Assembly: GCA_963664875.1 (NCBI GenBank)
Contig: OY761611.1
Location: forward strand, 1,344,001-1,408,000
Origin: Candidatus Kapaibacterium sp.
GTDB lineage: Bacteria; Bacteroidota; Ignavibacteria; Kapaibacteriales; UBA2268
DNA: 64,000 nt
Direction: 5' to 3'
The notes beneath the pieces are model-generated. The model searched no databases. It saw only the letters and a program-made list of their open reading frames with translations, and was not told the DNA's origin. Shown in pieces: positions 48,158 to 58,321 of the stretch; position 1 is the first letter of the stretch; every line of letters starts with the position of its first letter. The position numbers and the translations under genes were made by a program.

Positions 48158-50490
48158 CTGCTATAAGGGGTTTAAACTTGAGATATTATTGTAAAATTGT
48201 GATTATTTGATTTCATAGAAATACCTGCTATAAGGGGTTTAAACGAGTGCAAAGTGTTCCATTCTTGTCGAGCCATACGGAATAGAAATACCTGCTATAA
48301 GGGGTTTAAACCTAATATATATTTTCATTATTCACTCCTAAATTGATAATAGAAATACCTGCTATAAGGGGTTTAAACACTACTGTGTTGAAAGATATGT
48401 TAAATGCCATATCAGATAGAAATACCTGCTATAAGGGGTTTAAACATATATTCAGTAAGAAGTTTTAAACAAGACCCATTAATAGAAATACCTGCTATAA
48501 GGGGTTTAAACTTTATAATGTCGTAATCTTTGTTAGCCTGAATGTTAATAGAAATACCTGCTATAAGGGGTTTAAACTCTGCTTCCTTATGTGATTTGCG
48601 GGTAGTACTACTATAGAAATACCTGCTATAAGGGGTTTAAACGCAAAGTTGTGCATTTTAGAAGCGACTGGCAACTCATAGAAATACCTGCTATAAGGGG
48701 TTTAAACTCGTTTTGATGCCGTTTACAACTGTGCCGATGCCTGCATAGAAATACCTGCTATAAGGGGTTTAAACGCAGCTGCAACCGGGTCATCGAGCGA
48801 TACATTGAATATAGAAATACCTGCTATAAGGGGTTTAAACATGCTTTTTGATATATTATTTGGCATTTGCAATTGAATAGAAATACCTGCTATAAGGGGT
48901 TTAAACAAGTTTGGAGTTTTCAATTTCATGTCTTCGAACAAATAGAAATACCTGCTATAAGGGGTTTAAACAAATTGATTTGAACGGCGTTGCATTCAGC
49001 ACGTCAAATAGAAATACCTGCTATAAGGGGTTTAAACACGTTTGCGGCTCTAATGCCTGCTTTTAAAAAGCTCAATAGAAATACCTGCTATAAGGGGTTT
49101 AAACGTAGATTATACTTCGGAGGAATCAGTAGAATTGATAATAGAAATACCTGCTATAAGGGGTTTAAACTTAACGAATTGGTCATTAACATAACCGATT
49201 GTTTGCGGATAGAAATACCTGCTATAAGGGGTTTAAACTGTTGAAGAGGAATGGAAGCATATTACTTGTCCTCGATAGAAATACCTGCTATAAGGGGTTT
49301 AAACGAATCAATCTCAATAAACAATATATTACTTTTAGTAATAGAAATACCTGCTATAAGGGGTTTAAACTGTTGAAGAGGAATGGAAGCATATTACTTG
49401 TCCTCGATAGAAATACCTGCTATAAGGGGTTTAAACAAAGCTGTGCCGGGGTTCGCTTAAATCTCTGATAAATAGAAATACCTGCTATAAGGGGTTTAAA
49501 CATCACTAATGAAGTCAGATTGAAGGTAGCTCGTTCGATAGAAATACCTGCTATAAGGGGTTTAAACTTGGCTGAACCGCTACGAGGCAATGGTATTGAT
49601 TTAATAGAAATACCTGCTATAAGGGGTTTAAACATGAATGCCGAGGCAGTAGAGGGGCGTGCAAGGCGTATAGAAATACCTGCTATAAGGGGTTTAAACG
49701 ACGTTCTGATATTAAGTCTTTGTCCAATCTGTACGAATAGAAATACCTGCTATAAGGGGTTTAAACAATATTGTTTTGTTAAAAGCTATCTCGAAAACTA
49801 TAATAGAAATACCTGCTATAAGGGGTTTAAACTCGTTTTTACCTGTTTTTTCTTTTGTTCCATTTTGATAGAAATACCTGCTATAAGGGGTTTAAACGTA
49901 ACTCCGTGCCAATCTCACTAAATATATTTGCATATAGAAATACCTGCTATAAGGGGTTTAAACTCAAAACTCTTAATCATATCAATACCGACTTCACTTA
50001 TAGAAATACCTGCTATAAGGGGTTTAAACCAATATTTCGAGCAGATACGAAACGATGCCGAGTTTATAGAAATACCTGCTATAAGGGGTTTAAACTTGTC
50101 AGCTATTGACAAAATGCTCAATGAAGCAGAATAGAAATACCTGCTATAAGGGGTTTAAACAATTCTGAAACATATTTTGCAATTTTTTTTAGTTTTATAG
50201 AAATACCTGCTATAAGGGGTTTAAACTTGACTACATTGTTTTCTTTACATATTCTAAATACCTATAGAAATACCTGCTATAAGTGGTTTAAACATCGAAA
50301 CTTACGGCAATGTAGCGACTGCTCTGAATATAGAAATACCTGCTATAAGGGGTTTAAACACAGTTAAAAGGTTTACTTGTCATGTGATAATAGAATAGAA
50401 ATACCTGCTATAAGGGGTTTAAATTGTGCTGACTGTATCGAATTTACGGTAGAAAATGAAATAGAAATACCTGCTATAAGGAGTTTAATT
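48158..50490 (+). CRISPR. CRISPR block 3: canonical repeat, 1 partial and 35 full repeats, 35 spacers, degenerate trailer end
   Basis: Repeats every ~65-68 bp from 48215 to 50461; variants at 50264, 50395 and 50461 mark the old end. Confidence 0.97.
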
Positions 50491-50543
50491 GAATATCGGT
50501 GGTGCAATTTATTAAGGAGAAAATACCACATTTATTTCAGTGC

Positions 50544-50635
50544 AGTAAGCCACTAATTTTGACAAAAATACAAAATTTATGTTTTTTATCTTCAGCATTT
50601 GTAGTCAATTTTATGCAAGACTAGTTAGCAAATGG
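50544..50635 (+). repeat. Imperfect direct repeat, right flank of the CRISPR-Cas module
   Basis: Matches 37396-37489. Confidence 0.8.
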
Positions 50636-50707
50636 AAGGTCAATTCTCGGAGGGAATTGTCAAAAGAATCAAGCACTATTGTTTTACTTCTGCTATTTTT
50701 TTAAATT

Positions 50708-51661
50708 ATGATAATATTTAGTCAACTAAAAACGGATTTCATCATGTCAAAAAATACAATTCCATCAAATTCAGCAATTGATTTCCAACATCTCTTCAAC
50801 GAGTTGGTGTATCATTACTTCCCTACTCCAATGATTAATTATCATCTTGAGCGATTTGAAACAAAAGATGATAAGATCCTTTATTTAAAAGAAATGCAAA
50901 TTCGTTTTTATCATCTAACACTAATAAAATGTGACTATTGCGAACAGACAAAAGATATACCATTACTTCATACAGAAGCACGACCGAATTTCCATGATTA
51001 TCGTATAAGTATCAGTAATGTTAAAGTTGATGATAACTTCAAGCACTACATCTACGGACCACTCAAATTCAATGATGTAGAAGCTACAAAAGTATTTAAC
51101 AGATTTGATATACTTCTAAACAGAACACTCATGCTGTTCAAACCTGATCCGACGTTTTTAACGAACTGGGAAGAAGTAAAGGGACATCTGCAAAATATTA
51201 GTTCTGTCAAGAACAAAAAGAAGTATTTGCTGCAATTAAACTCAAACTTCAACAACCACCCTCATTATTGGGGCACAAGAGAAGAACAGGAATCTTTCAA
51301 GAAATTGCTTTCTGCAAAATATCAAAAACTTAAGCAGATAGTATTTGAAGCAAGTGCAGAACCAACATTCAAAAAACAAGAAAAAGTTGAATCCCAAAAT
51401 TTGGAAAAGCAGAGAGCTGAACAAACAACAAGTTCTGACAGAGCAAAACAAAAAACATCTTTTGCAGAGAACAATTCCAATGACTTCATAAAAATAGAGG
51501 AAGTAACGCAAATACTAAAAATTTGCAAACCTACAGTTTACAGCTATCGCAATAAAGGTTTGATACAGTCATACAAAATGGGTAGAAATGTCTATTATAA
51601 AAGAAGTGAAATCTTTGAAGCACTAAATAATGGCAAAGTAAAGTATGGTAAAACTAAGTAA
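50708..51661 (+). CDS. Protein with C-terminal excisionase-like HTH_17 domain
   Basis: FIKIEEVTQILKICKPTVYSYRNKGLIQSYKMGRNVYYKRSEI at the C-terminus; adjacent to the att site. Confidence 0.75.
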   Translation: MIIFSQLKTDFIMSKNTIPSNSAIDFQHLFNELVYHYFPTPMINYHLERFETKDDKILYLKEMQIRFYHLTLIKCDYCEQTKDIPLLHTEARPNFHDYRISISNVKVDDNFKHYIYGPLKFNDVEATKVFNRFDILLNRTLMLFKPDPTFLTNWEEVKGHLQNISSVKNKKKYLLQLNSNFNNHPHYWGTREEQESFKKLLSAKYQKLKQIVFEASAEPTFKKQEKVESQNLEKQRAEQTTSSDRAKQKTSFAENNSNDFIKIEEVTQILKICKPTVYSYRNKGLIQSYKMGRNVYYKRSEIFEALNNGKVKYGKTK

Positions 51662-51761
51662 AGAAAACATAGGAAAAAATCAATTCTGTAGAGAATTTGT
51701 AGAGATTTAAAGCCCTATTTTTTTATTCGATTGATATAAAAAGAGTTACGAGTGTAAATAG

Positions 51762-52123
51762 TGGAGGTGGCGGGACTCGAACCCGCGTCCGAAGAGCTTC
51801 AATTATAGCTTCTACATGCTTAGTCTTCCTATTTTATTTCGCATAAAGATTTACCGGAAAACGGGTGTAATTATGCTATCCCTAATTTGATCTTACGCAG
51901 CACCTTAAGGAGTAATACGTACGCCAGCCTGTCTAAAGTCGACACCTGACACAAAACGAACAGGCACATTCTGTGGCAGATGGGCTACCTTTTTATTTAA
52001 GCAGCCAATGCATAATTTTCGTTTGCATTTATTATAGTTACCGGTTGTATTTACGAGCTTCACCGGTGGAGCTCGACATGCGACCAATAACCTCCATCAC
52101 CTCGTCGAAGCCAGGTCACCCCC
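51762..52123 (-). ncRNA. ssrA: tmRNA
   Basis: 5' GGGGGTGACCTGGCTTCGAC, 3' GGTTCGAGTCCCGCCACCTCCA; tag frame 52026-51997 encodes ANENYALAA*. Confidence 0.97.
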
Positions 52124-52304
52124 ATTTAAGAACGACTTGTAATATATAGCTTTTATCTATCATTTGCAAATTATTATTTTTATCTTTTCGTTTTCTTAGG
52201 TTTTTTTGTTCTTTTTTGCTTCAAGAATCTTTTATTTCTATTATCTTGCTAAAAAGTGATAATATTCTTATTTTGTTGCTTTACTTACTTATTTGTGACT
52301 GGGT

Positions 52305-52682
52305 ATGTCTGCTGAATCAAATATTTCTTTAACCCTGCTGGAAACAGACCGAATTCTTATGGTTAAGGTTATGGGTAATTATTTTGATAAACCTAATAAT
52401 TTGGATATGATTACAAATGCTATCAAACTTTATGATGTAAAAAAGTTGCTGCTCGATTTTACAGCAGGTTCTTACCTTACCAGCCCCTCAGCGGTTTACA
52501 ATAGGCCTAATGAGGCTGTTAAAAAAGGCTTTACTCAGGAATTAAAAATTGCTACTTTGGTCAGAAATATCAATTCGAGGACTGAAATAGTAGAAACCAT
52601 TTTCAAAAACAAAGGTTTTCAGATCGAACTCTTTGTTAGCTATGATGAGGCTATTGATTGGTTAAATGAAAAAACAGAATAA
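52305..52682 (+). CDS. Hypothetical protein (SpoIIAA/STAS-like)
   Basis: KLLLDF...KIATLV...ELFVSYDEAIDWL pattern. Confidence 0.65.
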   Translation: MSAESNISLTLLETDRILMVKVMGNYFDKPNNLDMITNAIKLYDVKKLLLDFTAGSYLTSPSAVYNRPNEAVKKGFTQELKIATLVRNINSRTEIVETIFKNKGFQIELFVSYDEAIDWLNEKTE

Positions 52683-52703
52683 AGAATTTACTAAGGATTC
52701 AAA

Positions 52704-53081
52704 ATGAAATCAATTATCATTGCCGGTGTTACAGTTGTAAACCTTGCTCTTATATTTTATTCTATTGCGATTATTACAGAGCAACGCAAAAACATTATAA
52801 ATAAACGCGTTGTCTTCTTCCTTACTTTTGGTGTATTTTTTGATATTTTAGCTACAAGTTTCATGATAATAGGCTCTGAAAACAGTGCTTTCTCGCCCCA
52901 TGGTATTCTTGGGTATTCCTCTTTAACCGGAATGCTTATTGATGCTATTTTAGTTTGGCGACATAAATCAAAACATGGACTCGACACAGCTCCCACCAAG
53001 GGATTACATTTATACTCGCGATTTGCTTATATATGGTGGCTTTTAGCTTATATTACCGGTGCTATTCTTGTAATGAGATAA
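52704..53081 (+). CDS. Small 4-TM membrane protein
   Basis: AAGGA RBS; four hydrophobic segments with HGILG. Confidence 0.75.
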   Translation: MKSIIIAGVTVVNLALIFYSIAIITEQRKNIINKRVVFFLTFGVFFDILATSFMIIGSENSAFSPHGILGYSSLTGMLIDAILVWRHKSKHGLDTAPTKGLHLYSRFAYIWWLLAYITGAILVMR

Positions 53082-53137
53082 TAAAGTGATAAATGGCATT
53101 TAAAAAACCAATCATATTGCTATCTTGTTTATTGGGA

Positions 53138-53397
53138 GGCTGTCTCATACGTCAAAACAATCTATATTAACTTGACGATTACTCAATACAGTATGTGATC
53201 TGAGTTAAGTAAAATGTAGAGACGCAATGATTGCGTCTCAAGCTGGTCGCCCTTACAGGGCTCTATATTTCAATGACTTATCTTTCCCGGGGCGTTGCCC
53301 CGGGCTAATATATTTGAGGCTTTCAGCCTCCTATTGTATTAATATTTTTCGCACGAAATAAGTCTAATAAAATATAGAGGGTACTTATGAGACAGCC
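53138..53397. mobile_element. MITE-like element containing REP-like palindromes
   Basis: 12-bp terminal IR GGCTGTCTCATA/TATGAGACAGCC; internal GTAGAGACGCAATGATTGCGTCTC, CCCGGGGCGTTGCCCCGGG and GAGGCTTTCAGCCTC. Confidence 0.6.
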
Positions 53398-53518
53398 ACT
53401 TGTTCAATTATTCATGTCTTACTTTTACGAATTGAATTCTTCTTCGTAATAAATGAAGTTACAAGTATTTTATAAGTGATAATCACAAATGAGGAGTAGA
53501 GTGATTGTTTTGTCGGCA

Positions 53519-54895
53519 TCACTTTGAATCTGCAACTTCATTCATTGACTCACCGTCGAATTCCATACTATAAAAATATATTGTGCATGCTATTGCAGCT
53601 ATGCAATCATTCATGATTTTGGGATCTACCTTGTCTGGAGTATCCGACGGAGAATGATGCTCTCTGAAATATAAGTTTTCCGAATCAGGCCAAAATCCCA
53701 TGCCGGGTATGCCGTAGCTCATCATTGGACGAATATCTGTACCGCTACCTTGGTCTAATATCTCATATTTCCCGTATGTTTTTGACAAGAGATTCGCAGC
53801 TTCTTTTAGCTTTACCCTCATCGAGTCAATACCGGTATAGCCAAGTCTTGCAGGCTTATAGACTCCGGCGTCAGCTTCCAGCATGAGAACGTGTGGTTCG
53901 TTTTTGTGCATTTCAGCGTATTGCTCGCCCCCTTGACCTCCGGTTTCTTCTGCCCCCCAAAGTACAGTCCTAATAGTATGATTGGGCAAAAGATCTAAAT
54001 CTTTGAGCAATTTCACGGCAAACCATGTCGCTATACTTGGCCCCAAATCATCTTGAGCACCTGTACCCGTATCCCAAGAATCAATATGACCACCTATAGC
54101 AATGATTGAATTCGGAAATTTTTTGCCTTTAAGTTCTGCAGTAACATTGTAAGTATCAACATCATTAAGTGTTTCACAATTCATTGTCAAATTAACAACA
54201 GCTCGTTCCCCTCTTGCCTGAATTCTGGAAAACATTTGAGATTCTTCCATAGTAATAGCACCATGAGGTATTCGAGGAACAGAGTCATTATACCGCATAA
54301 TCCCTGTATGAGGCAGTTGCAGGCCATGTGGGCTCACTGAGCGAACCAATGATGCCACTGCTCCGTATTTGGAAGCACTATCTGCAGCAAAGACTCTATA
54401 CATCACATGCTGACTGTAATTTTGGAAATCCACATCATAAACAACAATCTTTCCTTTAATTTTGTCTGCATTTTTTTGCAAATCACTCCAATCATGGACT
54501 ACAAATACTTCTGAACTAATGCCGCCTGAAGGAGTGGCTACAGAGCCGCCAAGACTTAGAAATCGCAATTCTCTGTGGTGTGGTGCAATTAATGTGAGAG
54601 ACTCATTATTGCGTTTCCAGTGTGGTACTTTGATGGGTTCCTTTTTAACATTTACAAATCCGTCAGCCTTGAACAATTCGTAACATTTATCTATTGCCCT
54701 TTCCAGTCCTACCGAACCGGACAGCCTGTTACCATAGGTATCGCAAAGCATTGCCATTCTTTCCCATGCAAGAGAATCATGATGTGCTGCCTCATAAATT
54801 CTATCAAATATAGTTTTGTATTTATCCTGCAATCCGGAATGTAATAAGATAGGAGTCGTGATAAAGAGAAAGAGTATCAGTTTTAAAGTTTTCAT
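53519..54895 (-). CDS. M28 family peptidase (carboxypeptidase Q-like)
   Basis: GGHIDSWD, GAQDD, AEETG and HHSPSDT motifs; signal peptide. Confidence 0.9.
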   Translation of the reverse strand: MKTLKLILFLFITTPILLHSGLQDKYKTIFDRIYEAAHHDSLAWERMAMLCDTYGNRLSGSVGLERAIDKCYELFKADGFVNVKKEPIKVPHWKRNNESLTLIAPHHRELRFLSLGGSVATPSGGISSEVFVVHDWSDLQKNADKIKGKIVVYDVDFQNYSQHVMYRVFAADSASKYGAVASLVRSVSPHGLQLPHTGIMRYNDSVPRIPHGAITMEESQMFSRIQARGERAVVNLTMNCETLNDVDTYNVTAELKGKKFPNSIIAIGGHIDSWDTGTGAQDDLGPSIATWFAVKLLKDLDLLPNHTIRTVLWGAEETGGQGGEQYAEMHKNEPHVLMLEADAGVYKPARLGYTGIDSMRVKLKEAANLLSKTYGKYEILDQGSGTDIRPMMSYGIPGMGFWPDSENLYFREHHSPSDTPDKVDPKIMNDCIAAIACTIYFYSMEFDGESMNEVADSK

Positions 54896-55094
54896 GTTTT
54901 GTTCCAAACGAATTGTTTCCTAAACAAATCTAAGAAAAAAAACCTTATGATGTGCTATCTGATAATATAAGAATAAATACAGGGAAGGAGGGTTTGAGAT
55001 TTTAAGTTTTAAAATCGATAAAAAAAACAAGGATACACTTAAATATTATATGCATACCCTTGTTCTATTCTGTTTGAGATTGGGATTGTAATGA

Positions 55095-55598
55095 TTATTT
55101 GATTGCTTTCAAAGCTTCTTCGTAATTAGGTTCTTGAGCGATTTCAGGGACTTGTTCGTTATAAACTACGTTTCCTTCTTCGTTTAAAACTACTACTGCT
55201 CTTGACATTAAACCTGCCAAAGGTCCATCTGCGATACCTACGCCATAAGCTTTGCTAAATTCAGAATCTTCTCTTAGCTCAGACACTGAAATAACGTTTT
55301 CCAAACCTTCTGTAGCACAGAAACGTTTGTGAGCAAAAGGTAAATCTTTTGAAACGCAAAGAACTACTGTATTTTCTAATTTATCTGCTTCTGCATTAAA
55401 TTTCCTAACAGAAGTCGCACAAACAGGTGTATCTAAAGAAGGAAAAATGTTTAGAACAACTTTTTTGCCTTTATAAGATTCTAATGAAACATCAGCCAAA
55501 TCTGAAGTTGTTAATTTGAATTCAGGTGCTTTTGCTCCAACTTGTGGCAAATCGCCAACTGTATTGAAAGGATTGCCTTGTAATGTAATTTTAGCCAT
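55095..55598 (-). CDS. tpx: Thiol peroxidase
   Basis: [27 protein letters not shown] and EPNYE motifs. Confidence 0.95.
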   Translation of the reverse strand: MAKITLQGNPFNTVGDLPQVGAKAPEFKLTTSDLADVSLESYKGKKVVLNIFPSLDTPVCATSVRKFNAEADKLENTVVLCVSKDLPFAHKRFCATEGLENVISVSELREDSEFSKAYGVGIADGPLAGLMSRAVVVLNEEGNVVYNEQVPEIAQEPNYEEALKAIK

Positions 55599-55741
55599 TT
55601 TGAATTCTCCGCTAAGTAATTTGAGTATTGATTTATTGAGTCAGTTCTTAAAACGTAAATGCTTGAACTTTTATTTTAGGCATAGCTTAAAAAAGAATTT
55701 TTTTGAAGTGATGACATACCTGAAATGCGCTTAGACATATC

Positions 55742-57787
55742 TTAAGGTTTGCATAACAATTGCTCGGAGGCGTTGGGTATAGATAGGCTAAAAGTAGTTC
55801 CGGCAGTTGGATTGTTTTGGAAAGAAATCTCAGCATCTATTATTTTTACCATTTTGCAGGCTATTATCAGAGACAGACCTGTCCCCTTTTCACCGGCAGT
55901 ACCTGTGCGTGATTTGATTTTTTCGGGCATACAAATATGAATATTTTCTTCTTCTACGCCCAAACCAAAGTCTATGAAATCAACTTTTAAACTCCTGCCT
56001 TCTTGAATATAAGCAATATCCACTTTGGAGTTTGCAGGGGAATATTTAATTGCATTGCTGAGCAAACACATAACTACAAATTCGATAATATTGCGGTCAG
56101 TTTCTGCAGTATAGAAATTCTCGATATGATTTATAGAAATATTTTTTTCTTTTGCTCTGTTCTGCATTATCCTAATGCACCTACATACAATTTCGCTGAT
56201 ATTGGTATCTTCAAGATGGACTTTCAGATCACCTCGATTGATATCGTTTAGCAGAATCATATAATCAAGAAAATTCCTTAAAATCTTAGATGTTTGGCTT
56301 AGGATTTTTATAGGAACAGTATAGTTTTTTGAGAATTTGTTACTTCTAATTTCTTTCTCAAGTATATCGCTGGAAAACATAATTCCCTGAATTTGATCTC
56401 TGAACTCACGATAGACAACATGGGCAAGTTTTGCACTATTGTCCTTGGATTCTTTTGTCTCAACGAATAGATTTTCTGCTTGTCGTAATGTTTCTTCTAA
56501 AATATCTTTCTCTTGTTTGAGCGTTTTCATTTTCTTTTTGCGTTTACTACTTCTAACAAAAGCAAAAATGGTAAGTAAAGATATTGCTAATGTTATAGAA
56601 GACCAAATTGTAAGATGTTTATCAAATGCATGTTTTACTTTTTCAAGCTTGACATTTTTCTCAGTCAATTTTTTTTGAACATCCTGCAACTCGAAAGTTT
56701 TGTGAATTTCCTTTAAATCGCTTTTATCGTCCTGCTCTTTTACCTTTTTGAGGTATGCATACGCCGAATCAATATTTCCTATCTTCTCGAAATATCTGCA
56801 AATTTGGAAATAAGTCTCACGCAGTATGACATCATATTCGTTTGAAGTTGCAATAACAAGAGCCTTGTTGAGATATACATAAGCATTATTGAGACTATTC
56901 ATTTCTAAATACAATTCTCCCATTTTTAAAAATGCATGGGCAGAATAATATTTATTATTAGGGTCTATGGAAGACAACATCTTTTTTGCATAATACAATG
57001 AGCTGTCCATCTGATTTTTTCTGGCAAACAGGTTCTGTAGCTGACTGTAAACTATTGTAAGTTGATTAAAGTATGAGTTTTGCTTATACCAACTCTCTAC
57101 TTTATCGAGCATTGCGAGAGCTTCACTGTACTTATTCAAACTTATGAACACGGACGAAAGATTGGTGAGCATATCATGATATAGCAAGGCATTTTTGTTA
57201 GTATCTAATATCTCTATGGATTCGAATAATGTTGTTTGTGCTTTATCAAAATCTTCTATCTGAAAGTAAATCCCCGAAATAGCATTGTTAGTCATCACAA
57301 TCAGCGAAGTATCTTTGCATTGCAGAGCTACTTCTTTTGCTCGAAACTGAAGTTTGAGGGCTTCGACAAAAAGAGAATTAGATTTGTAAACAAAAGAATA
57401 TTGCAGCAGTGCCCTTCCATATAGATTACTTTGTCTTACCAATCTGACATCCCTCAAGTGACGTTCTAAAATAAAGCGAACGCTGTCCATAAGTCCGAGT
57501 CTATGATATGCTCTTGAGTAGTTGAAAATAATATCAGCACTGTTTGGCTGGTTATCTAATTTTGAATAATACTTTTTTAAAATTTCAAGACTTTTTAATG
57601 GCTCTTTGTCCAGATTTGCTATCGCACTTTGCAAAAGAGAATCCTGCCTTGCATTTTGGGTAATGAAAGCAGATTTTGATACCGTACAAACAACAAACAA
57701 TGCACAAATCAATATGACAATTATTTTTGTAATTGTGATTTCTCTCAATTTCTGATTGACTAAAAAAAGTAACTTCAATAGAATCAA
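55742..57787 (-). CDS. TPR-containing membrane sensor histidine kinase-like protein
   Basis: TPR-like helices, TM segment, LLSNAIKYS, DFGLG and GEKGTGLSL HATPase boxes; H-box degenerate. Confidence 0.8.
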   Translation of the reverse strand: MILLKLLFLVNQKLREITITKIIVILICALFVVCTVSKSAFITQNARQDSLLQSAIANLDKEPLKSLEILKKYYSKLDNQPNSADIIFNYSRAYHRLGLMDSVRFILERHLRDVRLVRQSNLYGRALLQYSFVYKSNSLFVEALKLQFRAKEVALQCKDTSLIVMTNNAISGIYFQIEDFDKAQTTLFESIEILDTNKNALLYHDMLTNLSSVFISLNKYSEALAMLDKVESWYKQNSYFNQLTIVYSQLQNLFARKNQMDSSLYYAKKMLSSIDPNNKYYSAHAFLKMGELYLEMNSLNNAYVYLNKALVIATSNEYDVILRETYFQICRYFEKIGNIDSAYAYLKKVKEQDDKSDLKEIHKTFELQDVQKKLTEKNVKLEKVKHAFDKHLTIWSSITLAISLLTIFAFVRSSKRKKKMKTLKQEKDILEETLRQAENLFVETKESKDNSAKLAHVVYREFRDQIQGIMFSSDILEKEIRSNKFSKNYTVPIKILSQTSKILRNFLDYMILLNDINRGDLKVHLEDTNISEIVCRCIRIMQNRAKEKNISINHIENFYTAETDRNIIEFVVMCLLSNAIKYSPANSKVDIAYIQEGRSLKVDFIDFGLGVEEENIHICMPEKIKSRTGTAGEKGTGLSLIIACKMVKIIDAEISFQNNPTAGTTFSLSIPNASEQLLCKP

Positions 57788-58321
57788 TTGTGGTGTTGGA
57801 TTAGTATAAGATAAGAAAAATATTTAATATAAAATACTAATTATTTGGTATGACAAACTCGTTTTAAAGCTTAGAAGTAAATACGTTTTTACTCTTAATT
57901 CCAACTACTATACACTCCAATAGATTACAGAACAGGCATTATTGGAAGCTTCAGTTAAGTAATTTAGAGGTTTGTTGGCATCAACTTATTAAGTCAATTA
58001 TAGACAGGATAATATTTTCATAAACCGAATAAAAGACTCTTTTGCATCTTGGATATATATTTCAGATAATATTTCGGCAATATAATTTAAATTTAAACAT
58101 CTAAGCACATTAGGCGTATTATACTCTATATGTTGATAATTTCAGTCGTTTTTTCTTTGAGCAAGCCTTATATTGCAAATTGGTATTATGTTTAATATCT
58201 GAAACTTTATCAATATACAAATATTCTCTTTTTGATACGTCCAATCTTATAAGAGATGCAAAACTTTTAGGCAAAGCTAATAAATCGTATAAATAATTTA
58301 ATAACAAAGGTTTCAGGAGCT

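Larger units (their letters stand above)
1390..51781. mobile_element. Integrative genomic island (~50.4 kb) inserted at the tmRNA 3' end
   Basis: 21-bp direct repeat GTGGAGGTGGCGGGACTCGAA at 1390-1410 and 51761-51781; integrase at the left end, excisionase-like HTH gene at the right end; primase/helicase and defence cargo inside. Confidence 0.93.

Noticed and set aside
44634-50134. Short ORFs with repeated IEIPAIRGLN, RNTCYKGFK or FKPLIAGISI peptides
   Set aside because: They are translations of CRISPR repeats and spacers
44651-50460. Self-targeting spacers within the window
   Set aside because: None noticed by eye, but this cannot be excluded without an alignment search
44621-50490. Two independent CRISPR systems with different repeats
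   Set aside because: The variant 10 nt are the IS left end and the TSDs rebuild one continuous array with one leader
51905-52087. 60-aa ORF
   Set aside because: Lies inside tmRNA; the real coding part is the ANENYALAA tag
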